From Haplodiscus bocki (lineage: Eukaryota), in NCBI GenBank assembly GCA_965655095.1, contig OZ296648.1, positions 161,882,001-161,946,000 on the forward strand: a DNA stretch of 64,000 bases, in the 5' to 3' direction. A program made the translations under genes and the position numbers. Numbering within the stretch: position 1 is the first letter of the stretch; each line of letters opens with the position of its first letter. Of this stretch, positions 14,200-27,100 are shown one piece after another. The notes beneath the pieces were generated by a model. It saw only the letters and a list, made by a program, of their open reading frames with translations. It was not told the origin of the DNA and did not search any database.

Positions 14200-17100
14200 C
14201 TGAAATACTGTACGTTGAAAGACTTGTGAAGGTCCTCAAAGGTTTTTCCATGGCTCATAGTGGCGATAATTTTGAAAATATGGTGGTTTGAATGGTTTGT
14301 TGTATAGGATACTGATGAATTGATTGTTTTTCTTTGAAATGAAAACCACACGCTTAAATTGTCAGATCGTTCCAATTTCTCGTGTTTTTAACTTTCTCAA
14401 GTTTTTTAAATAGAATCCAGAGCGCGGAAAGTGTCAGAGATTTTGAAGCTTCTCAGAAATTATAAAGTTGCTAATCATTCTAATCATTACAAATTTAAAA
14501 CCTTGAATCAGGTTCCAACATGACAAAAATGGAATTGCTTCAAACTTCCTCAATCTTTTCCGGTTTAATCTTTTTCCCAATAAAGTCTCACGGTCGCAAA
14601 AAAACTGGTGTGATACATCTTCCCAGACGACTTTTTACAAGTTCTAAACCTTAGTTTGAATCCAGTTCGCTACTTTGAAACTTACAAATGCAACAATTTT
14701 TCTCAATTTTGCGCCGCCATTTCAATTCTCCATAAATTCTTAAAGTGCCGAAAGAACCGAAATTGTTACAGCGTGACAGAGGTTTCATCCATTTTTCTCA
14801 ACACTAGCAGTAATGAAACCTATGAAGCAAGTTTCAAGATTTTGAATTTTCAATATCTCTTTTGACTGTCACTTTTTGACAAACACTGTTTCTCGGTTCT
14901 CGCGTTGCCAATGATGAGGAAACGTTACAAATTGGCACAGTTTCCACTAAATTTGCCAAACATCAGCTTTACTCTTAAGTATCAAAAAAAGTTTCGTCGA
15001 AAAAATTGTAGCTGTTTTCATGGTTTTCATCATGGCTGACTGCGCCGAAAGTTATTGGAAGGCATTCATTTCACAGAATTGTGAATCGAGGTTCTGATGA
15101 GCAGCTACAATAAAATCTAGGAATCGAGATCATGACGTTTGAAAAAAACAAGTTTTGGCAGTCTTTCTCAATGGTTACTTTGTCGGAACTATTCAGACAA
15201 TTTACAGGCTGCCGACAAAGTCGGGAACTTTGGAGTTGTTAAGGTGGGACATTAAAATTCCGATCAACAAAAAAAAATAAATTTTTCAAAAAATTGTTCA
15301 GGTAAAAATTTCAAACTGCATTAGACTTTCAGACTTTCTCAAGTGTTTGTTGTGTGCTTTCTGCCCCTGTAGGTCTCAAATCTGAAATAGTCGAAGAGGC
15401 CAGAAACCTAACTCTTTCTGGAAATTAAATACAATATTCAAATATAACCAGTATTAAACTCTATGGAACAAGTTCGTAACAAGGATACTTTCGAAATGAA
15501 TTAGAACTTCTGAAACTTAGGCTGTTTTTTACAGTCCGCGTCAGATCTCATTATAACATTTATTACTTTTTGCAGTGGAGATTCCAAGGACCAGTGATAA
15601 TAATTCAATCCAATCAAATTCGCTGAGTTTAACTATTCAATCGATCACAATCTTTTGAATTTTTTTGGCAAAGGTATTTTGTCCATGGAACCTCAGAGTA
15701 CCGAAACTGCTGGAATTCTTAGGGTTTCTCACAGATTCTATCAGAAGGGACATTTCACTCCAAACTTCAGTCGCTCAAAAATACTGTACGTTGAAAGACT
15801 TGTGAAGGTCCTCAAAGGTTTTTTCAAGAATCATAGTGGCGATATTTCCAAAAAATGGGGTGGTTTGAGTGGATTGTAGTATAGGTTACTGATGAGTTGA
15901 TTGTTTTTCTTTGAAATGAAAGCCGCATTTTTAAATTGTCAGATCGTTCCAATTTCTCGTGTTTTTAACTTTCTCAAGTTTTTTAAATAGAATCCAGAGC
16001 GCGGAAAGTGTCAGGGATTTTGAAGCTTCTCAGAAAATATAAAGTTGCTAATCATTCTAATCATTACAAATTTAAAACCTTGAATCAAGTTCCAACATAA
16101 AAAAATGGAATTGCTTCAAACTTCCTCAATCTTTTCCGGTTTAATCTTTTTCCCGATAAAGTCTCACGGTCGCAAAAAAACTGGTGTGATACATCTTCCC
16201 AGACGACTTTTTACAAGTTCTAAACCTTAGTTTGAATCCAGTTCGCTACTTTGAAACTTACAAAGTGCAACAATTTTTCTCAATTTTGCGCCGCCATTTC
16301 AATTCTTCATAAATTCTTAAAGTGCCGAAAGAACCGAAATTGTTAAAGCGTGACAGAGGTTTCATCCATTTTTCTCAACACCAGCAGTAATGAAACCTCT
16401 GAAGCAATTTTCAAGATTTTGAATTTTCAATATCTTTTTTGACTGTCACTTTTTGACAAACAATTTTTGCCTCTCGGTTCTCCCGTTGCCAATGATGAGG
16501 AAACGTTAAAAATTTGCACAGTTTCCACTAAACTTTCCAAATATCAGCTTTACTCTTAAGTATCAAAAAAAGTTTCGTTGAAAAAATTGTAGCTGTTTTC
16601 ATGGTTTTCATCATGGCTGACTGCGCCGAAAGTTATTGGAAGGCATTCATTTCACAGAATTGTGAATCGAGGTTCTGATGAGCAGCTACAATAAAATCTA
16701 GGAATCGAGATCATGACGTTTGAAAAAAACAAGTTTTGGCAGTGTTTCTCAATGGTTACTTTGTCGGAACTATTCAGACAATTTACAGGCTGCCGACAAA
16801 GTCGGGAACTTTGGAGTTGTTAAGGTGGGACATTAAAATTCCGATCAACAAAAAATATAAATTTTTCAAAAAAATTTTCAGGTAAAAATTTCAAAGTGCA
16901 TTAGACTTTCAGACTTTCTCAAGTGTTTGTTGTGTGCTTTCTGCCCCTGTAGGTCTCAAATCTGAAATAGTCGAAGAGGCCAGAAACCTAACTCTTTCTA
17001 GAAATTAAATACAATATTCAAATATAACCAGTATTAAACTCTATGAAACAAGTTCGTAACAAGGATACTTTCGAAATGAATTAGAACTTCTGAAACTTAG

Positions 17101-20100
17101 GCTGTTTTTTACAGTCCGCGTCAGATCTCATTATAACATTTATTACTTTTTGCAGTGGAGATTCCAAGGACCAGTGATAATAATTCAATCCAATCAAATT
17201 CGCTGAGTTTAACTATTCAATCGATCACAACCTTTTCAATTTTTTTGGCAAAGGTATTTTGTCCATGGAACCTCAGAGTACCGAAACTGCTGGAATTCTT
17301 AGGGTTTCTCACAGATTCTATCAGAAGGGACATTTCACTCCAAACTTCAGTCGCTCAAAAATACTGTACGTTGAAAGACTTGTGAAGGTCCTCAAAGGTT
17401 TTTTCAAGAATCATAGTGGCGATATTTCCAAAAATTGGGGTGGTTTGAGTGGATTGTAGTATAGGTTACTGATGAGTTGATTGTTTTTCTTTGAAATAAA
17501 AACCGCATTTTTAAATTGTCAGATCGTTCCAATTTCTCGTGTTTTTAACTTTCTCAAGTTTTTTAAATAGAATCCAGAGCGCGGAAAGTGTCAGGGATTT
17601 TGAAGCTTCTCAGAAAATATAAAGTTGCTAATCATTCTAATCATTACAAATTTAAAACCTTGAATCAAGTTCCAACATAAAAAAATGGAATTGCTTCAAA
17701 CTTCCTCAATCTTTTCCGGTTTAATCTTTTTCCCGATAAAGTCTCACGGTCGCAAAAAAACTGGTGTGATACATCTTCCCAGACGACTTTTTACAAGTTC
17801 TAAACCTTAGTTTGAATCCAGTTCGCTACTTTGAAACTTACAAAGTGCAACAATTTTTCTCAATTTTGCGCCGCCATTTCAATTCTCCATAAATTCTTAA
17901 ATTGCCGAAAGAACCGAAATTGTTACAGCGTGACAGAGGTTTCATCCATTTTTCTCAACACTAGCAGTAATGAAACCTCTGAAGCAAGTTTCAAGATTTT
18001 GAATTTTCAATATCTTTTTTGACTGTCACTTTTTGACAAACAATTTTTGCCTCTCGGTTCTCCCGTTGCCAATGATGAGGAAACGTTAAAAATTTGCACA
18101 GTTTCCACTAAACTTTCCAAACATCAGCTTTACTCTTAAGTATCAAAAAAAGTTTCGTTGAAAAAATTGTAGCTGTTTTCATGGTTTTCATCATGGCTGA
18201 CTGCGCCGAAAGTTATTGGAAGGCATTCATTTCACAGAATTGTGAATCGAGGTTCTGATGAGCAGCTACAATAAAATCTAGGAATCGAGATCATGACGTT
18301 TGAAAAAAACAAGTTTTGGCAGTGTTTCTCAATGGTTACTTTGTCGGAACTATTCAGACAATTTACAGGCTGCCGACAAAGTCGGGAACTTTGGAGTTGT
18401 TAAGGTGGGACATTAAAATTCCGATCAACAAAAAATATAAATTTTTCAAAAAAATTTTCAGGTAAAAATTTCAAAGTGCATTAGACTTTCAGACTTTCTC
18501 AAGTGTTTGTTGTGTGCTTTCTGCCCCTGTAGGTCTCAAATCTGAAATAGTCGAAGAGGCCAGAAACCTAACTCTTTCTAGAAATTAAATACAATATTCA
18601 AATATAACCAGTATTAAACTCTATGAAACAAGTTCGTAACAAGGATACTTTCGAAATGAATTAGAACTTCTGAAACTTAGGCTGTTTTTTACAGTCCGCG
18701 TCAGATCTCATTATAACATTTATTACTTTTTGCAGTGGAGATTCCAAGGACCAGTGATAATAATTCAATCCAATCAAATTCGCTGAGTTTAACTATTCAA
18801 TCGATCACAACCTTTTCAATTTTTTTGGCAAAGGTATTTTGTCCATGGAACCTCAGAGTACCGAAACTGCTGGAATTCTTAGGGTTTCTCACAGATTCTA
18901 TCAGAAGGGACATTTCACTCCAAACTTCAGTCGCTCAAAAATACTGTACGTTGAAAGACTTGTGAAGGTCCTCAAAGGTTTTTTCAAGAATCATAGTGGC
19001 GATATTTCCAAAAATTGGGGTGGTTTGAGTGGATTGTAGTATAGGTTACTGATGAGTTGATTGTTTTTCTTTGAAATAAAAACCGCATTTTTAAATTGTC
19101 AGATCGTTCCAATTTCTCGTGTTTTTAACTTTCTCAAGTTTTTTAAATAGAATCCAGAGCGCGGAAAGTGTCAGGGATTTTGAAGCTTCTCAGAAAATAT
19201 AAAGTTGCTAATCATTCTAATCATTACAAATTTAAAACCTTGAATCAAGTTCCAACATAAAAAAATGGAATTGCTTCAAACTTCCTCAATCTTTTCCGGT
19301 TTAATCTTTTTCCCGATAAAGTCTCACGGTCGCAAAAAAACTGGTGTGATACATCTTCCCAGACGACTTTTTACAAGTTCTAAACCTTAGTTTGAATCCA
19401 GTTCGCTACTTTGAAACTTACAAAGTGCAACAATTTTTCTCAATTTTGCGCCGCCATTTCAATTCTTCATAAATTCTTAAAGTGCCGAAAGAACCGAAAT
19501 TGTTAAAGCGTGACAGAGGTTTCATCCATTTTTCTCAACACCAGCAGTAATGAAACCTCTGAAGCAATTTTCAAGATTTTGAATTTTCAATATCTTTTTT
19601 GACTGTCACTTTTTGACAAACACTTTTTGCCTCTCGGTTCTCCCGTTGCCAATGATGAGGAAACGTTAAAAATTTGCACAGTTTCCACTAAACTTTCCAA
19701 ACATCAGCTTTACTCTTAAGTATCAAAAAAAGTTTCGTTGAAAAAATTGTAGCTGTTTTCATGGTTTTCATCATGGCTGACTGCGCCGAAAATTATTGGA
19801 AGGCATTCATTTCACAGAATTGTGAATCGAGGTTCTGATGAGCAGCTACAATAAAATCTAGGAATCGAGATCATGACGTTTGAAAAAAACAAGTTTTGGC
19901 AGTCTTTCTCAATGGTTACTTTGTCGGAACTATTCAGACAATTTACAGGCTGCCGACAAAGTCGGGAACTTTGGAGTTGTTAAGGTGGGACATTAAAATT
20001 CCGATCAACAAAAAAAATAAATTTTTCAAAAAATTTTCAGGTAAAAATTTCAAGCTGCATTAGACTTTCAGACTTTCTCAAGTGTTTGCTCTGTGCTTTC

Positions 20101-23100
20101 TGCCCCTGTAGGTCTCAAATCTGAAATAGTCGAAGAGGCCAGAAACCTAACTCTTTCTGGAAATTAAATACAATATTCAAATATAACCAGTATTAAACTC
20201 TATGAAACAAGTTCGTAACAAGGATACTTTCGAAATGAATTAGAACTTCTGAAACTTAGGCTGTTTTTTACAGTCCGCGTCAGATCTCATTATAACATTT
20301 ATTACATTTTGCAGTGGAGATTCCAAGGACCAGTGATAATAATTCAATCCAATCAAATTCGCTGAGTTTAACTATTCAATCGATCACAATCTTTTGAATT
20401 TTTTTGGCAAAGGTATTTTGTCCATGGAACCTCAGAGTACCGAAACTGCTGGAATTCTTAGGGTTTCTCACAGATTCTATCAGAAGGGACATTTCACTCC
20501 AAACTTCAGTCGCTCAAAAATACTGTACGTTGAAAGACTTGTGAAGGTCCTCAAAGGTTTTTTCAAGAATCATAGTGGCGATATTTCCAAAAATTGGGGT
20601 GGTTTGAGTGGATTGTAGTATAGGTTACTGATGAGTTGATTGTTTTTCTTTGAAATAAAAACCGCATTTTTAAATTGTCAGATCGTTCCAATTTCTCGTG
20701 TTTTTAACTTTCTCAAGTTTTTTAAATAGAACCCAGAGCGCGGAAAGTGTCAGGGATTTTGAAGCTTCTCAGAATTTATAAAGTTGCTAATCATTCTAAT
20801 CATTACAAATTTAAAACCTTGAATCAAGTTCCAACATGAAAAAATGGAATTGCTTCAAACTTCCTCAATCTTTTCCGGTTTAATCTTTTCCCCGATAAAG
20901 TCTCACGGTCGCAAAAAAACTGGTGTGATACATCTTCCCAGACAACTTTTTACAAGTTCTAAACCTTAGTTTGAATCCAGTTCGCTACTTTGAAACTTAC
21001 AAAGTGCAACAATTTTTCTCAATTTTGCGCCACCATTTCAATTCTTCATAAATTCTTAAGGCGCCGAAAGAACCGAAAGTGTTAAAGCGTGACAGAGTTT
21101 TCATCCATTTCTCTCAACACTAGCAGTAATGAAACCTCTGAAGCAAGTTTCAAGATTTTGAATTTTCAATATCTTTTTTGACTGTCACTTTTTGACAAAC
21201 ACTTTTTGCCTCTCGGTTCTCCCGTTGCCAATGATGAGGAAACGTTAAAAATTTGCACAGTTTCCACTAAACTTTCCAAACATCAGATTTACTCTTAAGT
21301 ATCAAAAAAAGTTTCGTTGAAAAAATTGTAGCTGTTTTCATGGTTTTCATCATGGCTGACTGCGCCGAAAATTATTGGAAGGCATTCATTTCACAGAATT
21401 GTGAATCGAGGTTCTGATGAGCAGCTACAATAAAATCTAGGAATCGAGATCATGACGTTTGAAAAAAACAAGTTTTGGCAGTCTTTCTCAATGGTTACTT
21501 TGTCGGAACTATTCAGACAATTTACAGGCTGCCGACAAAGTCGGGAACTTTGGAGTTGTTAAGGTGGGACATTAAAATTCCGATCAACAAAAAAAATAAA
21601 TTTTTCAAAAAATTGTTCAGGTAAAAATTTCAAACTGCATTAGACTTTCAGACTTTCTCAAGTGTTTGTTGTGTGCTTTCTGCCCCTGTAGGTCTCAAAT
21701 CTGAAATAGTCGAAGAGGCCAGAAACCTAACTCTTTCTGGAAATTAAATACAATATTCAAATATAACCAGTATTAAACTCTATGGAACAAGTTCGTAACA
21801 AGGATACTTTCGAAATGAATTAGAACTTCTGAAACTTAGGCTGTTTTTTACAGTCCGCGTCAGATCTCATTATAACATTTATTACTTTTTGCAGTGGAGA
21901 TTCCAAGGACCAGTGATAATAATTCAATCCAATCAAATTCGCTGAGTTTAACTATTCAATCGATCACAATCTTTTGAATTTTTTTGGCAAAGGTATTTTG
22001 TCCATGGAACCTCAGAATACCGAAACTGCTGGAATTTTTAGGGTTTCTCACAGATTCTGTCAGAAGGGACATTTCACACCAAACTTCAGTCGCTCAAAAA
22101 TACTGTACGTTGAAAGACTTGTGAAGGACCTCAAAGGTTTTTTCAAGAATCATAGTGGCGATATTTCCAAAAAATGGGGTGGTTTGAGTGGATTGTAGTA
22201 TAGGTTACTGATGAGTTGATTGTTTTTCTTTGAAATAAAAACCGCATTTTTAAGTTGTCAGATCGTTCCAATTTCTCGTGTTCTTAACTTTCTCAAGTTT
22301 TTTAAATAGAATCCAGAGCGCGGAAAGTGTCAGGGATTTTGAAGCTTCTCAGAAATTATAAAGTTGCTAATCATTCTAATCATTACAAATTTAGAACCTT
22401 GAATCAAGTTCCAACATGAAAAAATGGAATTGCTTCAAACTTCCTCAATCTTTTCCGGTTTAATCTTTTCCCCGATAAAGTCTCACGGTCGCAAAAAAAC
22501 TGGTGTGATACATCTTCCCAGACAACTTTTTACAAGTTCTAAACCTTAGTTTGAATCCAGTTCGCTACTTTGAAACTTACAAAGTGCAACAATTTTTCTC
22601 AATTTTGCGCCACCATTTCAATTCTTCATAAATTCTTAAGGCGCCGAAAGAACCGAAAGTGTTAAAGCGTGACAGAATTTTCATCCATTTCTCTCAACAC
22701 TAGCAGTAATGAAACCTCTGAAGCAAGTTTCAAGATTTTGAATTTTCAATATCTTTTTTGACTGTCACTTTTTGACAAACACTTTTTGCCTCTCGGTTCT
22801 CCCGTTGCCAATGATGAGGAAACGTTAAAAATTTGCACAGTTTCCACTAAACTTTCCAAACATCAGCTTTACTCTTAAGTATCAAAAAAAGTTTCGTTGA
22901 AAAAATTGTAGCTGTTTTCATGGTTTTCATCATGGCTGACTGCGCCGAAAATTATTGGAAGGCATTCATTTCACAGAATTGTGAATCGAGGTTCTGATGA
23001 GCAGCTACAATAAAATCTAGGAATCGAGATCATGACGTTTGAAAAAAACAAGTTTTGGCAGTCTTTCTCAATGGTTACTTTGTCGGAACTATTCAGACAA

Positions 23101-26100
23101 TTTACAGGCTGCCGACAAAGTCGGGAACTTTGGAGTTGTTAAGGTGGGACATTAAAATTCCGATCAACAAAAAAAATAAATTTTTCAAAAAATTGTTCAG
23201 GTAAAAATTTCAAACTGCATTAGACTTTCAGACTTTCTCAAGTGTTTGTTGTGTGCTTTCTGCCCCTGTAGGTCTCAAATCTGAAATAGTCGAAGAGGCC
23301 AGAAACCTAACTCTTTCTGGAAATTAAATACAATATTCAAATATAACCAGTATTAAACTCTATGGAACAAGTTCGTAACAAGGATACTTTCGAAATGAAT
23401 TAGAACTTCTGAAACTTAGGCTGTTTTTTACAGTCCGCGTCAGATCTCATTATAACATTTATTACTTTTTGCAGTGGAGATTCCAAGGACCAGTGATAAT
23501 AATTCAATCCAATCAAATTCGCTGAGTTTAACTATTCAATCGATCACAATCTTTTGAATTTTTTTGGCAAAGGTATTTTGTCCATGTAACCTCAGAGTAC
23601 CGAAACTGCTGGAATTCTTAGGGTTTCTCACAGATTCTATCAGAAGGGACATTTCACTCCAAACTTCAGTCGCTCAAAAATACTGTACGTTGAAAGACTT
23701 GTGAAGGTCCTCAAAGGTTTTTTCAAGAATCATAGTGGCGATATTTCCAAAAAATGGGGTGGTTTGAGTGGATTGTAGTATAGGTTACTGATGAGTTGAT
23801 TGTTTTTCTTTGAAATAAAAACCGCATTTTTAAATTGTCAGATCGTTCCAATTTCTCGTGTTCTTAACTTTCTCAAGTTTTTTAAATAGAATCCAGAGCG
23901 CGGAAAGTGTCAGGGATTTTGAAGCTTCTCAGAAATTATAAAGTTGCTAATCATTCTAATCATTACAAATTTAGAACCTTGAATCAAGTTCCAACATGAA
24001 AAAATGGAATTGCTTCAAACTTCCTCAATCTTTTCCGGTTTAATCTTTTCCCCGAAAAAGTCTCACGGTCGCAAAAAAACTGGTGTGATACATCTTCCCA
24101 GACGACTTTTTACAAGTTCTAAACCTTAGTTTGAATCCAGTTCGCTACTTTGAAACTTACAAATGCAACAATTTTTCTCAATTTTGCGCCGCCATTTCAA
24201 TTCTCCATAAATTCTTAAAGTGCCGAAAGAACCGAAATTGTTACAGCGTGACAGAGGTTTCATCCATTTTTCTCAACACTAGCAGTAATGAAACCTCTGA
24301 AGCAAGTTTCAAGATTTTGAATTTTCAATATCTTTTTTGACTGTCATTTTTTGACAAACACTTTTTGCCTCTCGGTTCTCCCGTTGCCAATGATAAGGAA
24401 ACGTTTAATATTTGCACAGTTTCCACTAAATTTTACAAACATCAGCTTTACTCTTAAGTATCAAAAAAGTTTCGTTGAAAAAATTGTAGCTGTTTTCATG
24501 GTTTTCATCATGGCTGACTGCGCCGAAAGTCATTGGAAGGCATTCATTTCACAGAATTGTGAATCGAGGTTCTGTTGAGCAGCTACAATAAAATCTAGGA
24601 ATCGAGATCATGACGTTTGAAAAAAAACAAGTTTTGGCAGTCTTTCTCAATGGTTACTTTGTCGGAACTATTCAGACAATTTACAGGCTGCCGACAAAGT
24701 CGGGAACTTTGGAGTTGTTAAGGTGGGACATTAAAATTCCGATCAACAAAAAAATAAATTTTTCAAAAAATGTTCAGGTAAAAATTTCAAACTGTATTAG
24801 ACTTTCAGACTTTCTCAAGAGTTTGTTGTGTGCTTTCTGCCCCTGTAGGTCTCAAATCTGAAAAAGTCGAAGAGGCCAGAAACCTAACTCTTTCTGGAAA
24901 TTAAAAACAATATTCAAATATAACCAGTATTAAACTCTATGAAACAAGTTCGTAACAAGGATACTTTCGAAATGAATTAGAACTTCTGAAACTTAGGCTG
25001 TTTTTTAGAGTCCTCGTCAGATCTCATTATAACATTTATTACATTTTGCAGTGGAGATTCCAAGGACCAGTGATAAAAATTCAATCCAATCAAATTCGTT
25101 GAGTTTAACTATTCAATCGATCACAATCTTTTGAATTTTTTTGGCAAAGGTATTTTGTCCATGGAACCTCCAAGTACCGAAACTGCTGGAATTCTTAGGG
25201 TTTCTCACAGATTCCATCAGAAGGGACATTTCACTCCAAACTTCAGTCGCTCAAAAATACTGTACGTTGAAAGACTTGTGAAGGTCCTCAAAGGTTTTTT
25301 CAAGAATCATAGTGGCGATATTTCCAAAAAATGGGGTGGTTTGAGTGGATTGTAGTATAGGTTACTGATGAGTTGAGTGTTTTTCTTTGAAATAAAAACC
25401 GCATTTTTAAATTGTCAGATCGTTCCAATTTCTCGTGTTCTTAACTTTCTCAAGTTTTTTAAATAGAATCTAGAGCGCGGAAAGTGTCAGGGATTTTGAA
25501 GCTTCTCAGAAATTATAAAGTTGCTAATCATTCTAATCATTACAAATTTAGAACCTTGAATCAAGTTCCAACATGAAAAAATGGAATTGCTTCAAACTTC
25601 CTCAATCTTTTCCGGTTTAATCTTTTCCCCGATAAAGTCTCACGGTCGCAAAAAAAACTGGTGTGATACATCTTCCCAGACGACTTTTTACAAGTTCTAA
25701 ACCTTAGTTTGAATCCAGTTCGCTACTTTGAAACTTACAAAGTGCAACAATTTTTCTCAATTTTGCGCCGCCATTTCAATTCTTCATAAATTCTTAAAGT
25801 GCCGAAAGAACCGAAATTGTTAAAGCGTGACAGAGGTTTCATCCATTTTTCTCAACACTAGCAGTAATGAAACCTATGAAGCAAGTTTCAAGATTTTGAA
25901 TTTTCAATATCTCTTTTGACTGTCACTTTTTGACAAACACTTTTTGCCTCTCGGTTCTCCCGTTGCCAATGATAAGGAAACGTTTAATATTTGCACAGTT
26001 TCCACTAAATTTCACAAACATCAGCTTTACTCTTAAGTATCAAAAAAAGTTTCGTTGAAATAACTGTAGCTGTTTTCATGGTTTTCATCATGGCTGACTG

Positions 26101-27100
26101 CGCCGAAAGTCATTGGAATGCATTCATTTCACAGAATTGTGAATCGAGGTTCTGATGAGCAGCTACAATAAAATCTAGGAATCGAGATCATGACGTTTGA
26201 AAAAAACAAGTTTTGGCAGTCTTTCTCAATGGTTACTTTGTCGGAACTATTCAGACAATTTACAGGCTGCCGACAAAGTCGGGAACTTTGGAGTTGTTAA
26301 GGTGGGACATTAAAATTCCGATCAACAAAAAAAAATAAATTTTTCAAAAAATTGTTCAGGTAAAAATTTCAAACTGCATTAGACTTTCAGACTTTCTCAA
26401 GTGTTTGTTGTGTGCTTTCTGCCCCTGTAGGTCTCAAATCTGAAATAGTCGAAGAGGCCAGAAACCTAACTCTTTCTGGAAATTAAATACAATATTCAAA
26501 TATAACCAGTATTAAACTCTATGAAACAAGTTCGTAACAAGGATACTTTCGAAATGAATTAGAACTTCTGAAACTTAGGCTGTTTTTTAGAGTCCTCGTC
26601 AGATCTCATTATAACATTTATTACATTTTGCAGTGGAGATTCCAAGGACCAGTGATAAAAATTCAATCCAATCAAATTCGTTGAGTTTAACTATTCAATC
26701 GATCACAATCTTTTGAATTTTTTTGGCAAAGGTATTTTGTCCATGGAACCTCCAAGTACCGAAACTGCTGGAATTCTTAGGGTTTCTCACAGATTCCATC
26801 AGAAGGGACATTTCACTCCAAACTTCAGTCGCTCAAAAATACTGTACGTTGAAAGACTTGTGAAGGTCCTCAAAGGTTTTTTCAAGAATCATAGTGGCGA
26901 TATTTCCAAAAATAGGGTGGTTTGAGTGGATTGTAGTATAGGTTACTGATGAGTTGATTGTTTTTCTTTGAAATAAAAACCGCTTTTTTAAATTTTCAGA
27001 TCCTTCCAATTTCTCGTGTTTTTAACTTTCTCAAGTTTTTTAAATAGAATCCAGAGCGCGGAAAGTGTCAGGGATTTTGAAGCTTCTCAGAAGTTTTAAA
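14200..27100. repeat. Subfamily B1 block, period 1578-1581 bp (~8 units)
   Basis: Anchors at 15099, 16680, 18260, 19840, 21419, 22999, 24577, 26157; diagnostic GTCTCACGGTCGCAAAAAAACTGGTGTG. Confidence 0.92.

Noticed and set aside
14905-15100. C/D-box snoRNA (ATGATGA ... CTGA) in B units
   Set aside because: No terminal stem seen, and the box C-like sequence is not retained in subfamilies A or C.
15085-15150. CTGATGAG motifs as satellite-encoded hammerhead ribozymes
   Set aside because: I could not build stem II closing onto GAAA or stems I/III around a UH site at either CTGATGAG per unit, and subfamily A has TTGTGAG/CTAATGAG instead. An Infernal scan with hammerhead models would settle it.
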